Below are positions 27,928-36,900 of a DNA stretch of 64,000 bases, piece by piece. The notes under the pieces were generated by a model. It ran no database searches. It was not told the DNA's origin and worked only from the letters and a program-made list of their open reading frames with translations. Positions within the stretch are counted from its first letter, which is position 1, and every line of letters begins with the position of its first letter. A program made the translations under genes and the position numbers. This DNA is from a virus. Its lineage: Duplodnaviria; Caudoviricetes. The stretch is taken from positions 64,001 through 128,000 of IMG/VR virus record IMGVR_UViG_3300028833_000064. One strand, written 5' to 3'.

Positions 27928-28294
27928 AATACGTTTCATCATTGTCGGTTTCTTCTTCTACTTTTGGTGGCAACTTTATAACACCCAAAGACCTTATGAA
28001 GTCATACGACCACAAACCATTGGCAGAAAGTGTGCATAAAACGAATGTGATTACAAAATTAAACCAACTTTTAAAAGAATTAACTTGGAAATCTGCAAAC
28101 ATTCCTGTTTCGTAGAAGTGACCCATTAAAAGTGCAAGACCACAACATACTATTGATACAACTAGACTAAGAATTTGTTTCGGCAATTTCTTGTTGGGAA
28201 ATTTTTCGTCAAGTTTCAATTTGTTTTTCAATAACTGTGTGAGTGCAATCACCAATGCAGTGACACCGGCAAAACTAAAGTCAAGTTCAATCAT
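27926..28294 (-). CDS. holin-like membrane protein (3 TM)
   Basis: GVTALVIALTQLLK, LSLVVSIV, LSANGLWSY; charged C-terminus. Confidence 0.5.
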   Translation of the reverse strand: MIELDFSFAGVTALVIALTQLLKNKLKLDEKFPNKKLPKQILSLVVSIVCCGLALLMGHFYETGMFADFQVNSFKSWFNFVITFVLCTLSANGLWSYDFIRSLGVIKLPPKVEEETDNDETY

Positions 28295-28314
28295 TGTTTT
28301 TATTTATTGTTGTA

Positions 28315-28539
28315 TCAGAAGAAATTTGACAATCTACTGAAAATATTCTTTATCCATTTAGGATACAACTCACCGTGTCTTTTGATATGTCTTTCGATAC
28401 AGTCTTCAATTATGTTGCTTATAATAAAGAACATAATCCAAAGACATGCAAGGAAAACATATAGTGTAATAAACGGCAGTGATACAATTATTAGCAATAT
28501 CGTCAAAAATCTAAAAAATATTATCTTTATCTTATTCAT
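28315..28539 (-). CDS. small membrane protein
   Basis: Hydrophobic N-terminal half. Confidence 0.5.
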   Translation of the reverse strand: MNKIKIIFFRFLTILLIIVSLPFITLYVFLACLWIMFFIISNIIEDCIERHIKRHGELYPKWIKNIFSRLSNFF

Positions 28540-28541
28540 AT

Positions 28542-28802
28542 TTATGGACGTATATATTTTATAATTTTGTCGGTCGTAGATGTCACCACTTCTACAATTT
28601 CCAATTCAAGATTGATTGGATTCACACGATGTTCTGCATGAAGACATAATGATAGACAAGCAACTTTTGCACCAGCGATATTTTTGAATATTTTTGCTCT
28701 TTTAAAATCACCGAATGAAGAATGATAAAATGTATCCGAACCATTATAATAGTCCTTTTCTTCGACTCTTCTTATAACATATCTATTTTTAATCTCTTCC
28801 AT
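28542..28802 (-). CDS. hypothetical protein
   Basis: ORF in operon. Confidence 0.55.
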   Translation of the reverse strand: MEEIKNRYVIRRVEEKDYYNGSDTFYHSSFGDFKRAKIFKNIAGAKVACLSLCLHAEHRVNPINLELEIVEVVTSTTDKIIKYIRP

Positions 28803-29043
28803 AACTTAAAGCTTTTGTTCTTGTTATAATGAAATAAGATTTTTCATCGTTATCACCACACTTTGTAACTATTTTTAAAAGATTATCATCTATTCTTTTC
28901 ATTTCTATATATTTATAGTTGAGATAAAGATGATACAATGCATCACCAATTTTTTCGAAAAATAATTGATTTGTAAGTCCGAAAGAATTTATGTAAACAC
29001 TTCCATCTTCATTCGTCCGTTCTAAATATATTATATCATTCAT
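28789..29043 (-). CDS. hypothetical protein
   Basis: ORF in operon. Confidence 0.55.
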   Translation of the reverse strand: MNDIIYLERTNEDGSVYINSFGLTNQLFFEKIGDALYHLYLNYKYIEMKRIDDNLLKIVTKCGDNDEKSYFIITRTKALSYGRD

Positions 29044-29650
29044 CTTCGTCGTCGTTTAAAAAATCACAAATTATTTCATCATTTAGTTCCCAATTGTGTA
29101 TCTTACCATTTTCGTCTATGTTTATTATGATATAGTCACCATAACCACTATCTTCTATCGATAAGAAGTCTGGGACATAACACCAATGTACTTCTCTGAG
29201 TAGATTTCCACCGAGTCCGAAAAATGAAATATTATTCTCATCACAAGATTTATAATGCACTTGTGCAGTCATGCCGGTTGGCCAGTTTTTAATCACTCCT
29301 GTATTTGCATCGATGTCGATTGTCCAAAGCACTTCATCTTCATCTACTTTTTCAATGAAAGGCATTCTTGGATGGTTTTCGTCATCATCTTCACCATTGA
29401 TGGTTGTATCTCCAACATATCTTATATTTGAATGTAATCTGATGAATCCGATTTCTGACATGTGTGGGATATATTTATTTTTTTCATCGTCTTTTCTATT
29501 AATATATTCGTCTGGTGTTTCGAAATATTTTGGAGACACACACCATCCTGAGTCTTTTAGGACTTTTATTTCTTTATTGTTCGATAAAAAGGTGTCAAGG
29601 TCATCTTTTGTCGTACATTCGGCAATAATTGTTATAATTTTTTCATTCAT
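29036..29650 (-). CDS. conserved phage hypothetical protein
   Basis: C-terminal TGVIKNWP..VHYKSCDE..YVPDFL..GYGDYIIINIDENGKI. Confidence 0.65.
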   Translation of the reverse strand: MNEKIITIIAECTTKDDLDTFLSNNKEIKVLKDSGWCVSPKYFETPDEYINRKDDEKNKYIPHMSEIGFIRLHSNIRYVGDTTINGEDDDENHPRMPFIEKVDEDEVLWTIDIDANTGVIKNWPTGMTAQVHYKSCDENNISFFGLGGNLLREVHWCYVPDFLSIEDSGYGDYIIINIDENGKIHNWELNDEIICDFLNDDEDE

Positions 29651-29653
29651 ATT

Positions 29654-29878
29654 TTACTGTTTATTTGTTTCATTAATTTTTTCTGAAAATCCAACCTTTT
29701 CGGCATCGATAACTTCGATAGAAACGATTGGATAATAACCGTTTAATTTTTCCCAATACACTTTTTCCGCTTCTGAGAAATTTTGTGCAAGTACAATGTA
29801 TGTACTACAATCACAATAATTACAATTCTTCGTTGTAATCCTAAATGCTCTGTTAAAGTCTTTATACATTTTTTCCAT
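29654..29878 (-). CDS. hypothetical protein
   Basis: Likely start MEKMYK at 29878, downstream of a class III motif. Confidence 0.55.
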   Translation of the reverse strand: MEKMYKDFNRAFRITTKNCNYCDCSTYIVLAQNFSEAEKVYWEKLNGYYPIVSIEVIDAEKVGFSEKINETNKQ

Positions 29879-29902
29879 TATAAAATTTTTATATCTATAT
29901 TC

Positions 29903-29949
29903 TAAATATAACAAAAAAGTTGGTGAAATTTTAATCTCACCAACTTTTT
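29903..29949 (-). promoter_or_regulatory. terminator hairpin fused to class III motif TTTGTTATATTTA
   Basis: The U-tract of hairpin 29913-29949 runs directly into the motif at 29903-29915. Confidence 0.6.
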
Positions 29950-29964
29950 ATTTTTCTTTAATAT

Positions 29965-30387
29965 TCAAGATTCAATCTGAGAAAGACTATACAACAAATC
30001 ATTCATTCTTTTCCTTCTATTTTCAAAATAATCAATCTGAGCTCTCAGTTCTTTCACTCTATAATGTAACGAAGATGATAGTTTTTCAATTTTATTCTTT
30101 TTGTACTCATCTTCAGTATAACCAAATGTTACCCAATAATACATTCGGTGACATTCGGTATTGTTGAAGACAACGAGTTCCTTTTTATTATCGGATAAAT
30201 CATAGATTGTATAATCAGAAAAATTACAAGTATCTTCTGTTATTTTTTCTTTGTCTTCAAAACACTCCTCTATAATGTCTTTAATGATAGGATTACTTCT
30301 CAACTTCTCATCGATGGAATTCAATATTTCCATATCCCAATCTATAATTCTGTTATATTGTTCGGCAAATTCTTGTATCGTTGTCAT
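29965..30387 (-). CDS. hypothetical protein
   Basis: ORF downstream of the class II motif at 30407-30418. Confidence 0.6.
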   Translation of the reverse strand: MTTIQEFAEQYNRIIDWDMEILNSIDEKLRSNPIIKDIIEECFEDKEKITEDTCNFSDYTIYDLSDNKKELVVFNNTECHRMYYWVTFGYTEDEYKKNKIEKLSSSLHYRVKELRAQIDYFENRRKRMNDLLYSLSQIES

Positions 30388-30406
30388 ATATTTTTTCTTT
30401 TTTTAA

Positions 30407-30418
30407 AAAGATACTATT
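30407..30418 (-). promoter_or_regulatory. Class II promoter motif
   Basis: AATAGTATCTTT. Confidence 0.65.
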
Positions 30419-30422
30419 TTTT

Positions 30423-31445
30423 TTAGAAAAGTTTTCTACATTCATTGGTATATTTCTCGTCCATCGATATGAAGTTATATTTATCGGAATTGTATACCTC
30501 ATTTCTTAAAACTAACGGAGAATGAGAAATTACAATTATCTGGCAACCGTATTTGTCTATGATGGATGGAAATATTTTTGTATACAATTCGTTTACATTG
30601 AGAATGTCAGTCGATTTGTCAATCTCATCGAACAAATATGTGTTCTGACCATTTGGGTCAAACGCCATCGGAAAAGATTTGAAATACTCTTCTTGTGCAA
30701 GAAAACAATTTTTCCAACAGTCATTTGAGTGAATATGTTTTCGATTAGGTTCCAAAATCTCCTTGTATGTTATGGTCTTTGACATAAATTTCATCAACTT
30801 TGAAAACTGATAAAACATTTTTTGACCATTAGAAAACTTATTTTTGGATATCATCCAAGACATTTCTTCTCCTATCGATTCAATAATTGAACCACTTAAA
30901 TCTCCAATCTGACCATAATTTTGTCGATTTTCGAAATTATGGTAATAAATTGGACTACCGTCCCAATCGACTTGGGATGACGTGCCACTCATTCTGAGTA
31001 TTATTTTCGCTATATTTTTTTTATATACTTCTAAAGACCTATCTTCATCAAACCCAAGTCTAAAGTCCATTGGTTGTTGGAATGAAGAAAATCCATCCGT
31101 GCAAAAGGCGTGTGAGGCAATAGACTTTAATATGGTGGATTTTCCTGAAGCGTTGGGTCCGAAGATTAGGTTTATTTTGTCAGAAGAAAATTCAAACACA
31201 CGGCCGACAAGAAGTTTTGAACACTCGACCTTGTATTGACCTTTGTGTTTTTTATAGAATTCCATATCTTCTTTATATCTCTTCATGTCTTGTGAGAATT
31301 TTTCTTCATCCAGAATCCGAATGTGATTTTTGTCATATTTGCTATAACGAAAATCATTCTTATTCGGTTTTTCTGGTTTATCGGCGGTTGTATATTTTTC
31401 ACCGATATAACCCTTTTCTCCGTCAAATAATATACTCTTAATCAT
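30423..31445 (-). CDS. soluble ABC-type ATPase (AAA_15/21-like)
   Basis: Walker A GPNASGKST, signature FSNGQ, Walker B YLFDEID, H-loop VISHSP. Confidence 0.82.
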   Translation of the reverse strand: MIKSILFDGEKGYIGEKYTTADKPEKPNKNDFRYSKYDKNHIRILDEEKFSQDMKRYKEDMEFYKKHKGQYKVECSKLLVGRVFEFSSDKINLIFGPNASGKSTILKSIASHAFCTDGFSSFQQPMDFRLGFDEDRSLEVYKKNIAKIILRMSGTSSQVDWDGSPIYYHNFENRQNYGQIGDLSGSIIESIGEEMSWMISKNKFSNGQKMFYQFSKLMKFMSKTITYKEILEPNRKHIHSNDCWKNCFLAQEEYFKSFPMAFDPNGQNTYLFDEIDKSTDILNVNELYTKIFPSIIDKYGCQIIVISHSPLVLRNEVYNSDKYNFISMDEKYTNECRKLF

Positions 31446-31717
31446 CTTCTTCCGTGTTTTATTCCTTTTTCTTTTTTTCTTTTTTTCTTGGCTCTATCAA
31501 CCTTATATTTCGCCATATTACCTTTTGTGGTATCCTTATATATGATGTTCGGGACAACTGATGATAAGAAAGACGAGAATTGTGAATTTTCATTGTAATC
31601 CCCACAAGTTTCTGCATTCATATTGTCTGTGTGTCCTGCATTGCACCACCATCTACCAAGGTTTATCTGACAACCGTAATTTGAGCATTTGATACAACGT
31701 TTTTCGTTATCTTCCAT
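31442..31717 (-). CDS. hypothetical protein
   Basis: CxxC motif, basic tail. Confidence 0.55.
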   Translation of the reverse strand: MEDNEKRCIKCSNYGCQINLGRWWCNAGHTDNMNAETCGDYNENSQFSSFLSSVVPNIIYKDTTKGNMAKYKVDRAKKKRKKEKGIKHGRR

Positions 31718-32087
31718 CTTTTATTATTTTTATTGCTATCATGTTTGGATGTATTCCGATAATTTCCTTGTTCACGTTACACAACCATATTGTATTTGTC
31801 TTAAATATGTATCTTGATTTTACGATATTGTATGTTGCACCAGCATCATCTTCATCAATCTTATTAATGAGAATGTCAAAATTGTTGACCATAGAGTTGT
31901 GTACTTTATCTACAACACCCTCGTATATTATATCTATATACACATAACAGTCATTTCCGGTGATTTTTAAAATTTCATCAAGTAGTTTGTCTGAACCATC
32001 AACCATCTGCATTTCAAGTATACGGTCGATTGAACATGGGTTGTCGACGAACCAATGGTCACAAACTTTCACAAACTTAATTCTCAT
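31707..32087 (-). CDS. hypothetical protein
   Basis: WFVDNP..MVDGSDKLLD..IWLC. Confidence 0.6.
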   Translation of the reverse strand: MRIKFVKVCDHWFVDNPCSIDRILEMQMVDGSDKLLDEILKITGNDCYVYIDIIYEGVVDKVHNSMVNNFDILINKIDEDDAGATYNIVKSRYIFKTNTIWLCNVNKEIIGIHPNMIAIKIIKDGR

Positions 32088-32917
32088 TGTGGTATCATTT
32101 TCATTAATTCATTTCTCCCATCTATTTCAGACAATATGGGCATAGGAAATGGTTCCCAAAATGTTCTTGTGGTTGTGTTGACTCCGTCTTTCACAAATTG
32201 TTCCGGAATCTCAACCTCCCTTTCTACTTTTTTGATGAGTCTGCCAAATTTCAATTCGGGTTCAAAAGTTTCCCAATCGACACCGTTCTCCTGTTTCAAC
32301 ATCTCAATCTGCTTGTCGGAATTAACACCGATGAGTTTGTTGTGTGGCAACCAGGTCTGGGCGGTCTGCTGCTTCGAGTTACGAATACAGTCGAGTTGGC
32401 GATACAAGAACCAAGCATAGACTTCGTTCTCATTCGGAACATTCCACACCTTGCAGTCGAATTGGAATGGTTTCATTCCCAATATTAAATTGGACAATTC
32501 GTCGAAAACTTTTTTCCAATCTTTCTCACCACTATCTTGAGTGTGTTTTATAATATCTTGTGAGAGAAACAACTGGTTGAATCTTCCAGTTGCAAGTGAA
32601 GCGGCAATCGACAACAATTTCGTCTGTCTCAATCCGAAAAATGAACCAGATGTCGGTTCGTCTTTGATATATAACGAAATTTCGTCCGATTGGACGTAGG
32701 CGAACTGAGCACCGGGTATATTCTCACATAGATATTGTGCTGTGAGGTTCATCATCCCAACAAACATAGGGTCGAATGGGAGTTTGAACCTTTTTTTAAT
32801 CACTTTAGAAAATGACCTTCCGTCAAGCATCATAATGATGTGACCATTGGGCATTAAAGAGTGTTCTCCACCCTTACGATAGTAAAGACACTTGTCTGCT
32901 AAAGAATCAAATATCAT
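32084..32917 (-). CDS. tRNA(His) guanylyltransferase Thg1-like protein
   Basis: MLDGRSFSK, YVQSDEISL, FDCKV, YRQLDCIRNS. Confidence 0.93.
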   Translation of the reverse strand: MIFDSLADKCLYYRKGGEHSLMPNGHIIMMLDGRSFSKVIKKRFKLPFDPMFVGMMNLTAQYLCENIPGAQFAYVQSDEISLYIKDEPTSGSFFGLRQTKLLSIAASLATGRFNQLFLSQDIIKHTQDSGEKDWKKVFDELSNLILGMKPFQFDCKVWNVPNENEVYAWFLYRQLDCIRNSKQQTAQTWLPHNKLIGVNSDKQIEMLKQENGVDWETFEPELKFGRLIKKVEREVEIPEQFVKDGVNTTTRTFWEPFPMPILSEIDGRNELMKMIPQ

Positions 32918-32930
32918 ATTTTTTATTTTT

Positions 32931-33329
32931 TTAATTATAGCAACCCCTATTTGTTATTTTATTATACCAGCCGACACCAAACCGTCCAAACCAGTTTGTC
33001 TGTGAAACAGAGTATTTTCCAGTAAAAATCCATTTCAGCGGGAGTATGATGAAACATTCGATAATTGAAAAAATAAAGAAAAACGGATATGTGAGTCTCC
33101 AACCAAGACCGCCACTCTTCTTTTCTTCTTTCCAAGCATAGGCAATAAAAGGCATATCAAGATTGCCACGATTTCCACTGTTACCGAAAGATTCGATGAG
33201 TTTTCTTCTCTGCCATTCTTCAAGACCCTTTCCACCGGTTCTTTCTTTCAGTGCTTCGTCAATCAAATTGACAGTTTCGAGACCATTCAAAAGGTGATAT
33301 CTGTCACCAAGATTTCTTATTAATTTCAT
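32931..33329 (-). CDS. membrane-associated hypothetical protein
   Basis: WRLTYPFF..LPLKWIFTG. Confidence 0.6.
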   Translation of the reverse strand: MKLIRNLGDRYHLLNGLETVNLIDEALKERTGGKGLEEWQRRKLIESFGNSGNRGNLDMPFIAYAWKEEKKSGGLGWRLTYPFFFIFSIIECFIILPLKWIFTGKYSVSQTNWFGRFGVGWYNKITNRGCYN

Positions 33330-33331
33330 AA

Positions 33332-33739
33332 TTACATCATATATTTTTGATAAAAAATTTTATAATCAATTTGTTTTTTCACCACACTTCCTTTATCTTC
33401 TATGATGGAAAATTCAAAATCATAGATTTTTTCATCCTTGATGTTATAGTTAATGTCTTTGAGTTGGTTGTCCAAATCTATTCCACATTTTCCAATCATA
33501 AAACCTGGTCTTATCACATATACAAAAATCGTTTTTCCCAAAACAATGATGTCTGTGATTTGGGGTGCCATCTTTCTTTTTGTCCAATATTTTGATATTT
33601 TTGATATTACATAGTCAAATTCTTCTTTATTTTGAAGTTTTTTTCCAAGATACCACCAAATAGACGAGGTTATATTTTTTCCTCTTTGTCTATGTTTTAA
33701 ACAGTTTTCAACAATTTTAATTAGTACTTTTTTTAACAT
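33332..33739 (-). CDS. type II KH domain protein resembling the ribosomal protein S3 N-terminus
   Basis: ITDIIVLGKTIFVYVIRPGFMIGKCGIDLD aligns by eye with S3 IHTARPGIVIGKKGEDVE. Confidence 0.6.
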   Translation of the reverse strand: MLKKVLIKIVENCLKHRQRGKNITSSIWWYLGKKLQNKEEFDYVISKISKYWTKRKMAPQITDIIVLGKTIFVYVIRPGFMIGKCGIDLDNQLKDINYNIKDEKIYDFEFSIIEDKGSVVKKQIDYKIFYQKYMM

Positions 33740-33756
33740 AATCTAATATTTTTTAA

Positions 33757-33828
33757 AAAGATACTATTTTTTTGTGAAACTTACAAATTAAATATAACAA
33801 AAATCCACCCCATTTCGGAGTGGATTTT
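33757..33828 (-). promoter_or_regulatory. terminator + class III motif (33789-33801) + class II motif (33757-33768) in tandem
   Basis: Hairpin AAAATCCAC..GTGGATTTT, then TTTGTTATATTTA, then AATAGTATCTTT. Confidence 0.65.
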
Positions 33829-33908
33829 CGAAAAATATTTTTATTTTTTTAGAATGTAAATGTGTCTATCGATATTGTTGACCAATCAACTCTGACTACA
33901 ATTTTAAA

Positions 33909-36900
33909 TTACTGTTGTATTGCTTGAATTTGAGATGCTTTGTTCTTCCAATATTGTGCTGCTTTATATGTTTCTACACTCCCAGTAGGTACATAGATTA
34001 TATAAGTTGTATGAGTTGGAAGTGTTAAAATCGATATTGTTGGAGGAGTTGTTCTTAAAGATGTGATAGAAGTAAGACCACTACAACCATGAAAAGCACT
34101 ATTTCCAATGCTTGTCACTGAGTTAGGTATAGTAACTGAAGTCAGACCAGTGCAATTACTGAAAGCATAATTTCCAATGCTTGTCACATTGTCAGGTATT
34201 GTGATTGAAGTAAGACCAGTGCAATTACTGAAAGTACTATCTCCAATGCTTGTCACGGAGTTAGGTATTATTGTATTTTTACAACCAGTAATTAACGTAT
34301 TAGTTGATGTCTCTATGATGGCGTTACAGTTATTACGACTATCATATACAGTATTACCATCAGAAACTATTATTGAGGTAAGACCATTACAACCACTGAA
34401 AGCACTATCTCCAATGCTTGTCACTGAGTTAGGTATAGTAATTGAAGTCAGACCACTACAACCATGAAAAGCACTATTTCCAATGCTTGTCACTGAGTTA
34501 GGTATAGTAATTGAAGTCAGACCACTACAACCATAAAAAGTATTATTTTCAATGCTTGTCACGGAGTTAGGTATTATTGTATTTTTACAACCAGCAATTA
34601 ACGTATTAGTTGATGTCTCTATGATGGCGTTACAGTTATTACGACTATCATATACAGTATTACCATCAGAAACTATTATTGAGGTAAGACCGGTACAACC
34701 ATAAAAAACATCACTTCCAATGCTTGTCACGGAATTAGGTATTTCGATTGAAGTAAAACTACTACAATTATCGAAAGCATTATTTCCAATATTTGTCACG
34801 GAGTTACCTATAGTGACAGAAGTCAGACCTCTACAATTACTGAAAGCACTATTTCCAATGCTTGTCACGGAGTTAGGTATAGTGATAGAAGTAAGACCTC
34901 TACAATCACTGAAAGCTCTAATTCCAATGCTTGTCACGGAATCTGGTATAGTGATAGAAGTAAGGTTTCTACAACCATAAAAAGCCTCTTCTCCAATGTT
35001 TGTCACTGAATCCGGTATAGTGACAGAAGTAAAATTATCACAATCAGTGAAAGCACTATCTCCAATGCTCGTCACATCATTGTCAAAAGTAATAATTCCA
35101 ACTCCATTTTCATAATCATTACTTACAATATTTGCACCGGAATAATCTACACTTTCATCTATATCCGCCACATTTCCATCACTTGTCGTATAATATATCA
35201 CATTTTTCGGTTTTTGTGTTATGGGCATTTCTATCGATTTTGAAATTATCCAGTTATCATTCATAACTTTAGTGGATATTTCAATACTATTATTTGCTTG
35301 AAGTGTTATTGGTGTTAAATTGCCAATTATACATACACTTTGTATAATTGGTGGAACAAGTGTGAGTGTAATGTTTGAATTCGATATATTCTTTAACAAG
35401 AAATGATGTATATTTTCATTTCCAACCAAGTCACCACTTACTGTCGGGAAGTTAAAAGGAATATTTATAGATGTTCCCGTTGTAGTCACCGATGTGTCAT
35501 CAAATTCAACAAGTGTGTATGAGTTGTTCACACTAGATATAGAAGTCATATAGTCACTTGAATTAAAATAAGTGAAACTTCCATTTGTATAAAAAGCAGA
35601 ATTAGATGTATAATTCTTTGTTTGTGTAAGACTGCTTTTTGAATATGTGTTATCATCCACACTTCCGTCTGCTTTCAAAAACTGAGACGATGTTCCATCA
35701 CGTTTAACGAAACTTGCCGCCTTTAATGCACCAGTACTTGGATTGAATGTCAAACCTTTATTCGTATCGTCTGAAACATATTGGATTTTTATTGCATCAT
35801 CATTTGCACCGAATGGAATTGTTCTATCTGAACTTGTCCAAGAAGTATCAGTGTTCATATTAAATCCACTTGAAAACGTTTTCACACCGGAAATCGTCTG
35901 AGCACTGCTTAAATCAACGTAATCAGAATGTGTGTGGTCTGAAGTTGAATATGTGTTATCATCCACACTTCCGTCGGCTTTCAAGAATTGAGAAGATGTT
36001 CCACCAATGACTTTGAAATGTCTTGCTCTTATCGTACCACTACTTGGTTGACATGTAAGAGTACTAAACGTATATGTAGTACTTGTGGTACTCTTTGGTG
36101 TAAAACCTTCTGAACCGGCATTATATCCTATAACAAGTGGTCTCCAATATGTGTAACCCGATGCCGAAGCGTATGTCTGTGTAGTATTGGTATCACTTAA
36201 ATAAATTCTTGTCAAAACCCAGTTCGTACCATCGTAATTGGCAATCCACCAAGAAGCGGGAAAGTTACTTGTTGTTGGAGTTGCCGTACCAATTTTGATT
36301 GGTTTGGGTTCTGTACCATTTACACTGAGCGTAACATTGGATGTTGCACTATTTGTATTAGTTGTCTGAAGAAATATTCTTTGTCCGGTTACTAGTTCAA
36401 AGCCTGGCATCGTGGCTTTTTTAGCAGCGGTTGCAGCAGCGGTACTACAATAGGCGACACCACTTAATGTACTATCTTTATAACATTCAGATGGTATTTC
36501 TCCACTTAATTTAGATGCATCTATAACAGTTTGAGTATAATCAACACCATCTAGATATATTGTTTTTTTACTTTCATCAAAAATAATCACACCACTTTCA
36601 TTATCTTCAGATTCATTATATTCTTTTTTTCTAAATCTTATATTTAGTGGTATTGCTCTTAATTTAGATAACATAAATTCATTATCTTTGTAAAGATATT
36701 CATAAAGTTTTAAACAATTTTGTGGAACATATATATTATCAACATACAAATCAGAAAGATGCACATCGTTTGGATTTTGGTCTAAAATGGTTATAGAAGA
36801 CAATGGTGAGTCTAATTCATTAAAAACTTTTCCTGAAAAATCACTACTATCAATAATTTCAGATTTTGGTATTACTATTGATTGTAATTTATCATTGTAA

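Noticed and set aside
33849-33908. 19 in-frame sense codons after the LRR gene stop (possible readthrough or relic C-terminus)
   Set aside because: The stop is TAA and such a short open stretch is expected by chance
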